A stretch of DNA of 61,613 bases, filler included, from Deltaproteobacteria bacterium (GTDB lineage: Bacteria > Myxococcota > JACRCW01): the NCBI GenBank assembly GCA_016218805.1. It is 3 parts of 3 records of this genome, joined end to end, with 100 filler letters (N's around TTAATTAATTAA, not from the genome) between each part and the next. Parts side by side here need not be neighbours in the genome. Positions count along the whole stretch, not along the records: positions 1 to 21,180 come from JACRCW010000041.1; 2 more parts are not named here. One strand, written 5' to 3'. Positions 8,844-18,955 of this stretch are shown one piece after another; within the stretch, counting starts at the first letter, position 1; every line of letters starts with the position of its first letter. The position numbers and the translations under genes were made by a program. The notes under the pieces were generated by a model that saw only the letters and a program-made list of their open reading frames with translations, did no database searches and was not told the DNA's origin.

Positions 8844-9971
8844 TCAGTACATCCGCATGATGCGGGCACCAGAATAGTAACGCCCCAGGATGGTGCGATA
8901 GTCCATGCCCTGCTGCCCCATGCCCCGGGCGCCCCACTGGCACAGGCCCACCGCGTGGCCGCTGCCCTTGCCGTCAAACACCAGGTTCCCGCCTTCGCGC
9001 TTCACCGTGAACATGCGGGAGCGCAGGCGGTCGTAGCCGAGGATCCGGCGGAGGTCTTCAGCGTGCATGGTGCGGGTGCGCGCGCTGCCCGCCACGGCCA
9101 CCATGGCGGCGCGCCCGGTGCGCGTGCGGCGCGGGACGGTGACGTCCTGCACCGCGCCCACGTCCAGCCTGGCTTCACGCAGCGCGTCACCCAGCTCCGT
9201 GGGAGTGAGCTTGAGGGTCCAGGTGTAACGCCCGCAATCCTTGCAGAAGCCGCACGCCACTACCTTGAGGTAGGGCTCAGTGGTGCCCCAGCCGTCCTCA
9301 GCGCTCTCCGTGGTGTCACCGCAGCAGGCATGGAAGTAGGCGCGGATGGGCCGGCGCCGCCACGTGAGCACCTGGCCGGTGGTGGCCGCCACGGCGGCGC
9401 GCGCGGTGGCGTTCTCACGCTGCACCCCGCCGTACACCTGGTCCAGCACGCCGCTCTCCATGTGATAGGGCCGGTCCGGCGCGTGGAACTTCTGGTAGAC
9501 GGCGTAGGTGCGCGCGGCCACCGCCTGCGCCTTCATGGCCTCCAGCGGCCATGACGGCGGCAACTCCCCTGAGACAATGCCCACCAGGTAGGTCTCCAGC
9601 GGCAGCGGATGCACCAGCAACACCTGCGAGCGCCCGCGCACCTTCTGGAACAGCGCCTCCAGCCGGCCGCGGAACAACCGCCCGCCGTACGCCACGCCCT
9701 CCTTGCCGCCGATGATCACCCGCCGCGCGCGCGTGGGCTTGCCCATCACGGTGAGCCCCGCGTCGTCGGCGCCCACGGTGATCACGCGCTTGCCCTGCGC
9801 CAGCACGTCGCCCGTGACAATGTCCTCCGCGGCCAGGTCAGTCCCGGAGACGGACACCAGGCCGTTCACCCGCGCCACGGCCATGCGGATCTCCTCCTCC
9901 GCGCGCGCGCCGGAGTGCAGCGCACCCAGCAGGACAGCGGTGAGAACGGGCAGGGCGCGGCGGGAGCGCAT
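8844..9971 (-). CDS. SpoIID/LytB domain lytic transglycosylase-like protein
   Basis: LETYLVGIVSGE..SWPLEAMKAQAVAARTYA, DQVYGG, G.GSGHAVGLCQWGA.GM..IL..YY; N-terminal signal peptide. Confidence 0.92.
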   Translation of the reverse strand: MRSRRALPVLTAVLLGALHSGARAEEEIRMAVARVNGLVSVSGTDLAAEDIVTGDVLAQGKRVITVGADDAGLTVMGKPTRARRVIIGGKEGVAYGGRLFRGRLEALFQKVRGRSQVLLVHPLPLETYLVGIVSGELPPSWPLEAMKAQAVAARTYAVYQKFHAPDRPYHMESGVLDQVYGGVQRENATARAAVAATTGQVLTWRRRPIRAYFHACCGDTTESAEDGWGTTEPYLKVVACGFCKDCGRYTWTLKLTPTELGDALREARLDVGAVQDVTVPRRTRTGRAAMVAVAGSARTRTMHAEDLRRILGYDRLRSRMFTVKREGGNLVFDGKGSGHAVGLCQWGARGMGQQGMDYRTILGRYYSGARIMRMY

Positions 9972-10017
9972 CGACGGGGACGGATGGTGCGACAGGCGCG
10001 GCCCTCCCCGCAACGCG

Positions 10018-11178
10018 TCAGGCCACCGTGCCGACGGGACCGCGCCGCAGTTCCACCACCACCACCTCCGCCGGGCAGCCCAGCCGGAACGGGAACCAGT
10101 GGCCCGTCCCGGACGACACGTAGAGCCGGGAGGCGCCCTGTTCATACCGGCCCAGGATGTAGCGGAAGGCCCCCGCAAAGATGCTCCGCCCGCCCACCGC
10201 CACCTGCCCACCATGCGTGTGGCCGGCCAGCGTGAGGTGCGCGCCGTGGCGCCGCGCCTCATCCCAGCACGTGGGGTGGTGCGCCAGGCACAGCCGGAAG
10301 TCCGCGCCCTCCGCGCCGGCCATGGCCTTCACCATGGACGCGCGTGCCGCCTCCGGCGGGCCGTCCATGCGGCGGAACGGGTAGTCCACGCCGCCCACGT
10401 GAATGCGCGCGCCGCCGTGCTCAACCGTGGTTCCCTCGTCAACCAGCAGGCGCATGGGACCCTGCCGGACGTAGTCCCGGTATTCGCGCAGGCCGGCGTA
10501 GTGCTCATGGTTACCCAGCACGCCCATGATCCCGTGGCGCGCGCGCACACCGGCAAACGCCGCGTTGACGCCGGGCATCAGGGACACGTCATCCACCAGG
10601 TCACCCGTCATGACCACCAGGTCCACGTTCTCCCGGTTGAGCGCCGTCACCGCCGCCACCACGTGCTCCGGCCCCACAAACGGCCCCACATGCACGTCCG
10701 TGAGCTGTCCAATCCTGAACCCCTCCAGCGCGGGCGGCAGGTCCGGCCAGTGCATCACCACGCGGTTGACTACGGGCTCCAGCGTGGCGGCGGCCACTCC
10801 GCCGGAGCTGACCGCAAACGACGCGCCCGGCACCAGCGCACCGGCCCGCGCCAGCAGCGCGCGCCGGGCGGGGTCCGGCTCCCGCGCCCGCTGCCGGCGC
10901 TCCCACAGGACGGCCGCCGTTCCCCACACCGGCCACCCGACGATGACAAACAGCATCCCCAGGTTGACCGCGATGGCGGCGCTCCACGACCACGGAGGGA
11001 CGCGGTCAAAGGCGTCCCAGCCCAGCGCCATCACCGCCGCCCACGGCACCAGCGAAACGCCCGCCGCCACGCCGCAGACCACCGTGAACGAGCGCGTGCG
11101 CGCCGCCGGCAGCGACCGGCGCATGAGGAACCACGCAATGAACGTCACCGCCGTCCAGAACAGGGGGAACGCGAACAT
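10018..11178 (-). CDS. membrane metallophosphoesterase (YkuE-like)
   Basis: TDVHVG, TGDLVD, LGNHE, LAHHP, LAGHTHGGQ motifs after three TM segments. Confidence 0.92.
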   Translation of the reverse strand: MFAFPLFWTAVTFIAWFLMRRSLPAARTRSFTVVCGVAAGVSLVPWAAVMALGWDAFDRVPPWSWSAAIAVNLGMLFVIVGWPVWGTAAVLWERRQRAREPDPARRALLARAGALVPGASFAVSSGGVAAATLEPVVNRVVMHWPDLPPALEGFRIGQLTDVHVGPFVGPEHVVAAVTALNRENVDLVVMTGDLVDDVSLMPGVNAAFAGVRARHGIMGVLGNHEHYAGLREYRDYVRQGPMRLLVDEGTTVEHGGARIHVGGVDYPFRRMDGPPEAARASMVKAMAGAEGADFRLCLAHHPTCWDEARRHGAHLTLAGHTHGGQVAVGGRSIFAGAFRYILGRYEQGASRLYVSSGTGHWFPFRLGCPAEVVVVELRRGPVGTVA

Positions 11179-11252
11179 GTGCGGGGGAACATAGCCACGC
11201 GTGGAACAACCGCACGCCCGGGAATCGTGAAGAAGCGTTCGCGGCCGCGTCG

Positions 11253-11306
11253 CCTCCCCCTTGCGGGGGTAGGCCGGGCGATGCGGAGCATCGCCCGGGT
11301 GGGGGG
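11253..11306. repeat. REP-like palindromic element
   Basis: CCTCCCCC-TTGC-GGGGGTAGG hairpin, then CCGGGCGATGC-GGA-GCATCGCCCGG hairpin and a G run; the first hairpin recurs at 14822-14840 and, inverted, at 2693-2713. Confidence 0.7.
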
Positions 11307-11371
11307 AGGTGCAGGTGGGTGGGCTGCGCGTTCCGCCCCTGTGGGGATGGTGCGCGCGGTACCAACGGGTG

Positions 11372-11899
11372 TCAGCCCGGGGCGGGGAGTTCCACCTGCA
11401 GCGGGCTGGGGACGTGCGGCGCCACCTGGCCCGCCCAGAACCCCAGCATCTGCGACAGCGCGGCGCGCTTGGCGGGTTCCTCCACCTGGCGCGCACTCTC
11501 GCGGGCCCAGGTGACAAACTCCAGCACCATGCCCAGCGCTTCGGCGCGGAAGCCCTTGTCACCCAGCGCCAGCTGCTGCAGCTCTTCATGGCGGATGCGG
11601 ATGGCGGTGAAGCTGCGCGCTGGGCGGGTCACATCAAGCCCCGGGCCCTCCTGCAGCTTCCTCATCCCGGCCACCTGCGCCCCGAACACCGTGGCCGCGC
11701 CCAGCGTGCGCGGGCCCGGCTTGGTGGGGACGGTGGGGACCAGGCCGCCAAACCGCGCCTGTGGCCATGACGGTCTGGCCTGAGCCGGGGTGGCCGGCGC
11801 CGGCGTGGCGGCGGGCGGTGTCGACGTCACCGGGGCTTGCGGCGCACGCACCGGGCCGGCCGGGCGGTTCAACACGGGGGCGGGAGACTTGGATTGCAC
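11372..11899 (-). CDS. hypothetical protein (Pro/Ala-rich N-terminus)
   Basis: Fills the space between the phosphoesterase and valS; the C-terminal half has plausible helical composition and codon bias; no family recognised. Confidence 0.55.
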   Translation of the reverse strand: MQSKSPAPVLNRPAGPVRAPQAPVTSTPPAATPAPATPAQARPSWPQARFGGLVPTVPTKPGPRTLGAATVFGAQVAGMRKLQEGPGLDVTRPARSFTAIRIRHEELQQLALGDKGFRAEALGMVLEFVTWARESARQVEEPAKRAALSQMLGFWAGQVAPHVPSPLQVELPAPG

Positions 11900-11982
11900 G
11901 CACCGGCAGCATGGCGTTGGGCGTGGTGCCCGTCAAGAAGGCTCTTGCGCTCAGGCGCGTCCCTTTGCCATGACGACGCGCC

Positions 11983-14802
11983 ATGACGACCACGACCGCG
12001 CCGGACGCCAACGAACCCCTCCCCAAGGCCTATGACCCCTCGCAGGTGGAGCCCCGCCTGTACGCGCACTGGGAGCAGCAGGGCTACTTCAAGGCGGACC
12101 CCACCCCGTCGCTGCTCCCCGTGGATGACCCCGGATACCGGCGGCCGTACTGCATTGTGATTCCGCCGCCCAACGTGACGGGTTCCCTGCACATGGGGCA
12201 CGCCATGTACGTCATTGAGGACGTGCTCATCCGTTGGCACCGCATGCTGGGTGACAACGCGTTGTGGCTGCCCGGCGTGGACCACGCGGGCATTGCCACG
12301 CAGATGGTGGTGGAGAAGGAGCTGGCCCGGACTGAAAAGAAGACGCGGCACGATCTTGGGCGGGAGAAGTTCCTGGAGCGCGTCTGGGCATGGAAGCAAC
12401 AGAGCGGCAACCGCATCACCACACAGCTGCGCACGCTGGGGTTTGCGCTGGACTGGAGCCGCGAACGTTTCACCATGGATGCCAAGCTGTCCGCCGCCGT
12501 CGTGGAGGTGTTCGTCAAGCTGTACGAGGAAGGGCTGATGTACCGCGCCGCGCGGCTCATCAACTGGTGCCCGCGCTGCCGGACCGCGCTCAGCGATCTT
12601 GAGGTGGAGCCGAAGGAGGAGAAGGGGAAGTTGTGGGACATCGCCTACCCGCTGGTGGATGGCAGCGGGGAGATCGTCGTCGCCACCACGCGGCCGGAGA
12701 CGTTGCTGGGTGATACCGCCGTGGCCGTGCATCCCGGTGACCCGCGCTACCAGGGCTGGGTGGGGAAGAAGGTCCGCCTGCCGCTGGCGCCGGAGAAGCG
12801 CACCACGGCGGACGCGGAGACCATCGGGAACACCATTCCCATTGTCGGGGACGCCATCCTGGTGGACATGGCGTTTGGTTCCGGTGCGGTGAAGGTCACC
12901 CCCGGGCATGACTTCAATGACTTTGAAACGGGAAAGCGCCACAAGCTCCCATTGGTGAACCTGCTCAACCCGGACGGCACGCTCAATGACAACGCGGGTG
13001 CGTACGCGGGCAAGACTGCGGACGCCGCGCGCAAGGAGGTGCTCAAGGCGCTCACGGAGTCCGGCGCGCTCCGCGGCGAAAAGGACCACGTGCTGGCCCG
13101 CGGCCGCTGCCAACGCTGTGACACCGTGGTGGAGCCGTACAACTCCACGCAGTGGTACGTGCGGGCCAAGCCGCTGGCGGGCCCCGCCATCCGCGCCGTG
13201 GAGACGGGCCGCACCCGGATCATCCCGGAGGGCTGGACCAAGACGTACATGCACTGGATGACCAACATCCAGGACTGGTGCGTGTCGCGCCAGCTGTGGT
13301 GGGGCCACCAGATCCCAGCGTGGTACGGGCCGGACAACGCCGTGTTTGTGGCGCGCTCCGAGGCGGAAGCGGCCGCAGCCGCGGAAAAGCACTACGGCAA
13401 GCTGGTTACGCTGCGCCGCGATGACGACGTGCTGGACACGTGGTTCTCCTCCGCGCTGTGGCCGTTCACCACGCTGGGCTGGCCGGAGAAGACCGCGGAC
13501 CTGGACGCGTACTACCCGGGTGCGGTGTTGGAGACGGGGTTTGACATCCTGTTCTTCTGGGTGGCGCGGATGATGATGATGGGCATCCACTTCATGGGCG
13601 AAGTGCCCTTCAAGCACGTCTACCTGCACGCCATTGTCCGCGACGACAAGGGCGAGAAGATGTCCAAGGTGAAGGGGAACGTCGTAGATCCGCTGGATGT
13701 GATTCAGGGCGCGACTGTGGACCGACTGCCGAAAGCGGCGCAGAAACAGTACCCGGAAGGGTGGAAGCCACAGGGCGCGGATTCACTCCGGTTCACGCTT
13801 GCATCCATGGCGTCGCAGGGGCGTGACATCAAGTTCTCTATGGAGCGCATTGAAGGCTACCGCGCGTTCCTCAACAAGGTGTGGAACGCGGCGCGGTTTG
13901 CGCTGATGCGCGTCACGCCCGGCGCGGTGCGGCCCATTGACGACGTGAAGAAGGACATGTCACCGGCGGACCGGTGGATCCTGGGGCGGCTGCAGGAGCT
14001 GTCGCGCGGCGTGAACACGTCGCTGAAGGAGTACCGCCTCGACGAGGCGACGATGTCCATCTACCACTTCCTCTGGGATGAGCTGTGTGACTGGTACATT
14101 GAGATGAGCAAGCCCGCGCTGATGGACACCACCGCGTCCCCGCGTAAGGTGGCGTGCGAAGCGACGCTGGTGCACGTGCTGGATCACGCGCTGCGGCTGC
14201 TGCACCCGTTCTGCCCATACGTGACGGAGGAGATCTGGCAGAAGCTCCCGTTGGCCCGGCGCCCGGCGGAGACCATCCAGTTGGCGCGCTTCCCGACGGG
14301 CGACGCCACCTGGGATGACCCGGTGAGCGCGGCGGTGGTGGGGACGGCGCAGGAACTGTGCAACGCGGTGCGGCGCATCCGCGCGGATGTGTCACTCAAT
14401 CCGTCCAAGAAGGTGACCCTGCGGGTGGGCTGCACGGACGCGGCCAAACGCGAGGTGACGCAGTTTGAGGACGCACTCAAGCGGCTGGCCAACGTGGAGG
14501 CGATTGAGTTTCACGCGGAGCTGGGCGCCGACAAGACGAAACAGTGCGCCATGATGCAGACCACGAAGTTCCAGGTGGCGGTGCCATTGGAGGGGTTGCT
14601 GGACGTGGAGGCGGAGAAGGTGCGGCTGGCCAAAGAGCTGGAAAAGGCGGAGAAGGAGCTGGCGGGAATCCGCGGCCGGTTGGATAACGCGGGATTCCGG
14701 GAGCGCGCGCCCAAGGACATCATTGAGAAGGATGAGGCGCGGGCGGCGGAACTCAACGAGAAGATGGGCCGCATCCGCGACACGGTGTCCAGGCTGAACT
14801 GA
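11983..14802 (+). CDS. valS: valine--tRNA ligase
   Basis: PPPNVTGSLHMGH (HIGH), DWCVSRQLWWGHQIP, DVLDTWFSSALWPF, KMSK, C-terminal coiled coil. Confidence 0.99.
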   Translation: MTTTTAPDANEPLPKAYDPSQVEPRLYAHWEQQGYFKADPTPSLLPVDDPGYRRPYCIVIPPPNVTGSLHMGHAMYVIEDVLIRWHRMLGDNALWLPGVDHAGIATQMVVEKELARTEKKTRHDLGREKFLERVWAWKQQSGNRITTQLRTLGFALDWSRERFTMDAKLSAAVVEVFVKLYEEGLMYRAARLINWCPRCRTALSDLEVEPKEEKGKLWDIAYPLVDGSGEIVVATTRPETLLGDTAVAVHPGDPRYQGWVGKKVRLPLAPEKRTTADAETIGNTIPIVGDAILVDMAFGSGAVKVTPGHDFNDFETGKRHKLPLVNLLNPDGTLNDNAGAYAGKTADAARKEVLKALTESGALRGEKDHVLARGRCQRCDTVVEPYNSTQWYVRAKPLAGPAIRAVETGRTRIIPEGWTKTYMHWMTNIQDWCVSRQLWWGHQIPAWYGPDNAVFVARSEAEAAAAAEKHYGKLVTLRRDDDVLDTWFSSALWPFTTLGWPEKTADLDAYYPGAVLETGFDILFFWVARMMMMGIHFMGEVPFKHVYLHAIVRDDKGEKMSKVKGNVVDPLDVIQGATVDRLPKAAQKQYPEGWKPQGADSLRFTLASMASQGRDIKFSMERIEGYRAFLNKVWNAARFALMRVTPGAVRPIDDVKKDMSPADRWILGRLQELSRGVNTSLKEYRLDEATMSIYHFLWDELCDWYIEMSKPALMDTTASPRKVACEATLVHVLDHALRLLHPFCPYVTEEIWQKLPLARRPAETIQLARFPTGDATWDDPVSAAVVGTAQELCNAVRRIRADVSLNPSKKVTLRVGCTDAAKREVTQFEDALKRLANVEAIEFHAELGADKTKQCAMMQTTKFQVAVPLEGLLDVEAEKVRLAKELEKAEKELAGIRGRLDNAGFRERAPKDIIEKDEARAAELNEKMGRIRDTVSRLN

Positions 14803-14821
14803 CCGGACGCAACGCCGTAGA

Positions 14822-14840
14822 CTCCCCCCTTGCGGGGGAG
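14822..14840. repeat. REP-like hairpin between convergent valS and SDR
   Basis: CTCCCCCC-TTGC-GGGGGAG, same core as 11256-11269. Confidence 0.6.
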
Positions 14841-14878
14841 GCGACGGAGGGCGGGCGATTGACCCCGCCAACGCGACG

Positions 14879-15694
14879 TCAGATCTCCCAGATGTTCCCC
14901 CACAGTGACGCTGCACCGTCGATGTAGATCGTCGTCCCCGTGATGTAGTCGGCCGCGTCGGACGCCAGGAAGCACGCCAGGTGCGAGACCTCCTCGGGCG
15001 CACCCAGCCGCCGCGCTGGCGTCTCATTCTCCGCCTTGTCCATCAGCTCCGGGGGATACCGGTCCGTTCCCGTGGACACGATGGTCCCCGGTGCGATGGC
15101 GTTCACCTGGATGTTGTGCGGCGCCCACTCCACCGCGAGCGTCTTGGTCATGTTCTCCACGCCCGCGCGGGCGGCGCCGGTGTGCACCATGCCGGGGAAG
15201 CCGCGGAAGATGTTGGCGATGATGTTGATGATGCGTCCCCGCCGACGGGGAACCATCACGCGTGTGCCCACCGCGTGGGTCACGTTGAACGTGCCCACCA
15301 GGTTGTTGCGCACCACCGTGTCAAACCCCTTGGGCGTCATGGACACCGCGGGCGCGGGGAACTGTCCGCCCGCGTTGTTCACCAGCACGTCAATCCCGCC
15401 CAGCTTCCCGACAACGGCGTCCACGTACGCGTTCACCGCGTCCGCGTCGCGGATGTCGCAGGGCGCGTGGAACTCCGTGTGCCCGCGCGTGCGCAGTTCC
15501 TCACCCAGCGCGTCAATGGGCTCCGCCCGCCGCCCGCACGTGGCAATGCGCGCTCCCAGCGCTGCGAACTCCAGCGCCATGGCCCGCCCAATGCCCGTCC
15601 CGCCGCCGGTGATCAGCACCACGCGGTCCTGGAACAACCCATCCCGCAATGGCGTGGGAATCACGCTGGCCGGCCACTTGTCGCGCGTCGTCAT
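14879..15694 (-). CDS. SDR family oxidoreductase (2,4-dienoyl-CoA/trans-2-enoyl-CoA reductase-like)
   Basis: TGGGTGIG, NNAGGQF, HTGAARAGVENMTKTLAVEWA typical of DECR/PECR-like SDRs. Confidence 0.88.
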   Translation of the reverse strand: MTTRDKWPASVIPTPLRDGLFQDRVVLITGGGTGIGRAMALEFAALGARIATCGRRAEPIDALGEELRTRGHTEFHAPCDIRDADAVNAYVDAVVGKLGGIDVLVNNAGGQFPAPAVSMTPKGFDTVVRNNLVGTFNVTHAVGTRVMVPRRRGRIINIIANIFRGFPGMVHTGAARAGVENMTKTLAVEWAPHNIQVNAIAPGTIVSTGTDRYPPELMDKAENETPARRLGAPEEVSHLACFLASDAADYITGTTIYIDGAASLWGNIWEI

Positions 15695-15698
15695 CGGC

Positions 15699-17495
15699 TC
15701 ACCATGCCTGCTTGAGGTCGGCTTCGCGTACGGGTGCGTAGCTGCCCGGCGCGTCACCCAGAAGGGGCACCTTCCCGCCGCCCGGCGGTGCGGCAGGGAC
15801 CTGTTCATCCCCGTGGGACGTGAGCCACTGCGCCCACGTGGGCCACCAGGAACCCGCCGTTTCCCTGGCCGCGGCCAGGAACGCGTCCGGGTCCGGCGGG
15901 TTCACCTCCGCCGTCACAAAGCCGTACTTCACCTGGGTGGGCGGATTGATGATCCCCGCAATGTGCCCGGACCCGGCCAGGTGGAACGCCACCGGCCCGC
16001 TGAACAGCTGCGTTGCCTTGTACGTGGCCTTCCACGGGGCAATGTGGTCCTCCCGCGTGGAGACCATGAACGTGGGCACGCGTACGTTCCGCAAATCCAG
16101 CGGCGTGCCCAGCACCACCAGCCCGCCGGGTTTCACCAGCTTGTTCTCCACGTACATGTTGCGCAGGTAGAACGCGTGCATCTCCGCCGGCATGCGCGTG
16201 GAGTCAGACGCCCAGTACAGCATGTCAAAGGGGAACGGGCTTCTCCCCAGCAGGTAGTTGTTCACCACGTGGGACCAGATGAGGTCGTTGCTGCGCATCA
16301 GGTTGAACGGGAATTGCATCTCCTCGCCCTTGAGGTAGCCGCGCGCGCGCATCTTCTGTTCCACCTGGTCCACCACCGCGGGCTCCACAAACATCCCCAG
16401 CTCGCCCACCGCGGAGAAGTCCGTGAGGGTGGTGAAGTATGACGTGGAGGCGAGCCGCTCGTCGCCACGCGCCGCCAGGTGCGCGGCCAGCGTGGCCAGC
16501 AGCGTGCCGCCCAGGCAGTACCCCACCGCGTGCACGCGCTCCTTCCCGGTGATGGTGCGGATGACCTCCAGCGCGGTGAGCGGGCCGTCCTTCAGGTAGT
16601 CCCCATATCCTTTCTGCGCGTGCCGCTCGTCGGGATTGACCCAGCTGAGCAGGAACACGTTGAAACCCTGGCCCAGCAGCCAGCGCACCAGGCTGTTCTC
16701 CGGCCGCAGGTCCAGGATGTAGAACTTGTTGATCCACGGCGGGATGAACAGCAGCGGCGTGGCGTGCTGCGTCTCCGTGAGCGGCGCGTAGTGGATGAGT
16801 TCGCACAGCTCATTGCGCCACACCACCTTGCCCGGCGTGACCGCCAGGTTTCCGCCCACCTTGAACGCGTTCTCGTCGGTCACGCGGATGCGAAGGCTGC
16901 CCTGGCCCGCTTCCAGGTCACGCAACAGGTTCTCCAGGCCGCGCAGCAGGTTCTCGCCGTGGCTCTCACGCGTGGCGCGCAGCACCTCCGGGTTGCTCCA
17001 CGGGAAGTTGGACGGGCTGAGCGCGTCCATGAACTGGCGCGCGTAGAACTCCACCTTCAGCGCGTCCGCCTCAGACAGTTCCGCCGCGGCGTCCACCAGC
17101 TCACCCGCAAAGCGGTGCCCCAGCAGGTGCGCCTGCTTGAGGAAGTCAAACCACGCGTTGTCACTCCACGCCGCGTCCTTGAACCGCCGGTCACCCTTGG
17201 CCGGCTCCACCACCGGCGTCACCGGCCGCCCCAGCACCCTCCGCGCCGCGTTCACCGTCAAGGACGCCGTGTCCCGCGCCAGGTGCCATTGCGATCGCGC
17301 CACCTTCACCGGATGCCGCGCCAACGCCGCGCCAAACCGCGCCAACGCACCGCCCAGCTTCAGCGGGTCCGCCTGCAGGATGCCCGCCGCGCCCGCCTGC
17401 CGTGCCAGCACCATGGCCACAATGCGCTGGCTCTGCGCGGCCAGCGCGCCCATGCGCGCCAGCACCGGGTCCGCCTGTTCGGTTGACGTTGTCAT
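15699..17495 (-). CDS. phaC: class I poly(R)-hydroxyalkanoate synthase
   Basis: DRRFKD..W, LSPSNF..SNP, NLAVTPGKVV, PPWINKFYILDL, lipase box GYCLGG, DHIAPW, SGHIAGIINPP, GSWW..W. Confidence 0.97.
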   Translation of the reverse strand: MTTSTEQADPVLARMGALAAQSQRIVAMVLARQAGAAGILQADPLKLGGALARFGAALARHPVKVARSQWHLARDTASLTVNAARRVLGRPVTPVVEPAKGDRRFKDAAWSDNAWFDFLKQAHLLGHRFAGELVDAAAELSEADALKVEFYARQFMDALSPSNFPWSNPEVLRATRESHGENLLRGLENLLRDLEAGQGSLRIRVTDENAFKVGGNLAVTPGKVVWRNELCELIHYAPLTETQHATPLLFIPPWINKFYILDLRPENSLVRWLLGQGFNVFLLSWVNPDERHAQKGYGDYLKDGPLTALEVIRTITGKERVHAVGYCLGGTLLATLAAHLAARGDERLASTSYFTTLTDFSAVGELGMFVEPAVVDQVEQKMRARGYLKGEEMQFPFNLMRSNDLIWSHVVNNYLLGRSPFPFDMLYWASDSTRMPAEMHAFYLRNMYVENKLVKPGGLVVLGTPLDLRNVRVPTFMVSTREDHIAPWKATYKATQLFSGPVAFHLAGSGHIAGIINPPTQVKYGFVTAEVNPPDPDAFLAAARETAGSWWPTWAQWLTSHGDEQVPAAPPGGGKVPLLGDAPGSYAPVREADLKQAW

Positions 17496-17507
17496 GCCGC
17501 CTCCTCC

Positions 17508-17987
17508 TCAGCCCTGCTTGGCCCCTGCCAGCGCGCCCACGGTGCCGTGCACCGCCCGCAGGTAGTCCGCCGGGCGCAACACCAGCTGCGTCCCGCGCAT
17601 GCCCGCGCTCACTGCGATCTCGTCAAACAACTCCATGGTCTCATCCACGTACACCGGGTAGTCCTTCTTGGCGCCCAGCGCGGTGGTCCCGCCGCGGATG
17701 TACCCCGTCAGCGGTTGGACCTCCTTGAGCGCCACGGTGTCCGCGCTGCGGTTGCCGGACAGCCTGGCCAGCGCCTTGAGGTCCAGCTCGGTGTCCGCCG
17801 GGATGACGGCAAAGCACACGCCGGTGCGGTCCCCGCGGCACACCAGCGTCTTGAACACCTGCTCGGGCGGCATGCCCACCTTGCGCGCCACGCTCTCGGC
17901 GGACAGGTCGCTCTCGTCCACGTCGTAGTCGCGCAGCTGGTAGGCAATGCCCAGCCGGTCCAGGATGCGCGCGGCGTTGGTCTTCAT
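17508..17987 (-). CDS. ybaK: Cys-tRNA(Pro) deacylase
   Basis: [35 protein letters not shown]. Confidence 0.93.
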   Translation of the reverse strand: MKTNAARILDRLGIAYQLRDYDVDESDLSAESVARKVGMPPEQVFKTLVCRGDRTGVCFAVIPADTELDLKALARLSGNRSADTVALKEVQPLTGYIRGGTTALGAKKDYPVYVDETMELFDEIAVSAGMRGTQLVLRPADYLRAVHGTVGALAGAKQG

Positions 17988-18118
17988 GGCGCGCTGATGT
18001 GGCGCAACGTCGCCGAGTGGTCAACGCGCCTTTCCTCCCGCCCGGGGCTGTGCCATACGCGCGCCAACTTTCAACGTGGACCCGCCAGACGCGGCGGGCC
18101 GCAGATGGAGAGAAGACC

Positions 18119-18886
18119 GTGGAACTCAAGAACCTGAAGATCATCGTGACGGGCGGTGCGCAGGGCATGGGCGCTCACTTTGTGAAGCGGCTGGCGGAAG
18201 CCGGCGCGCAGGTGGCCGCGGGCGACGTCAAGGAAGACGGGCTCGCCGTACTGCAGAAGGAGTGCACCGGGATGCCGGGCAAGGTCCATGTGCGCAAGCT
18301 GGACGTCTCCAATGAGACGGAGATTGGCGCGTTTGTGGACTGGGCGCATGACGCCATGGGCGGCCTCAACGGCCTCATCAACAACGCGGGCATCCTGCGG
18401 GACGGGCTGCTGGTGAAGAAGGACCGGGAGACCGGCGCCATCAAGAAGATGAGCCGCGCGGACTGGGACGCGGTCATTGGCGTGAACCTGACGGGCGCCA
18501 CGTTCATGGTGCGGGACGTGGTGGCCAAGATGGCGGGCAGCGGCATCAAGCCGGGGGTCATTGTCAACGTGTCCTCCATTGCGCGGCACGGCAACCGCGG
18601 GCAGAGCAACTACGTGTCCGCCAAGGCGGCGCTGGCGGCTAACACGGTGACCTGGGCACGGGAATTCGCTCCCTACGGGATCCGCGTGGGCGCGGTGGCC
18701 CCTGGCATGATTGAGACGCCCATGACGCAGGGCATGAACCAGAAGGCGCGGGATGCGCTGGTGGCCAACATCCCGGTGGGCCGCATTGGCCTGCCGGAGG
18801 ACATCTGGGTGGCCGCCCGGTTCATCATTGAGTGTGACTACTTCGACGCGCGTACCATCGACGTGGACGGCGGGCTGTCCATGTGA
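18119..18886 (+). CDS. SDR family 3-oxoacyl-ACP/CoA reductase (FabG-like)
   Basis: TGGAQGMG, NNAGILRDG, GQSNY...K, PGMIETPM; GTG start after GGAG. Confidence 0.9.
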   Translation: MELKNLKIIVTGGAQGMGAHFVKRLAEAGAQVAAGDVKEDGLAVLQKECTGMPGKVHVRKLDVSNETEIGAFVDWAHDAMGGLNGLINNAGILRDGLLVKKDRETGAIKKMSRADWDAVIGVNLTGATFMVRDVVAKMAGSGIKPGVIVNVSSIARHGNRGQSNYVSAKAALAANTVTWAREFAPYGIRVGAVAPGMIETPMTQGMNQKARDALVANIPVGRIGLPEDIWVAARFIIECDYFDARTIDVDGGLSM

Positions 18887-18955
18887 GAAGGGAAGGCCGG
18901 CGGCACGGTCCCGCGCCACGGCGCGGGATCCGCTGCGGCCGCGCGGAGGCGGTGG

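Noticed and set aside
18051..18067. Sigma-54 promoter upstream of ybaK-phaC
   Set aside because: GG-N10-GC spacing is present on the minus strand, but the -12 element is TGGC rather than TTGC; too weak in this GC background.
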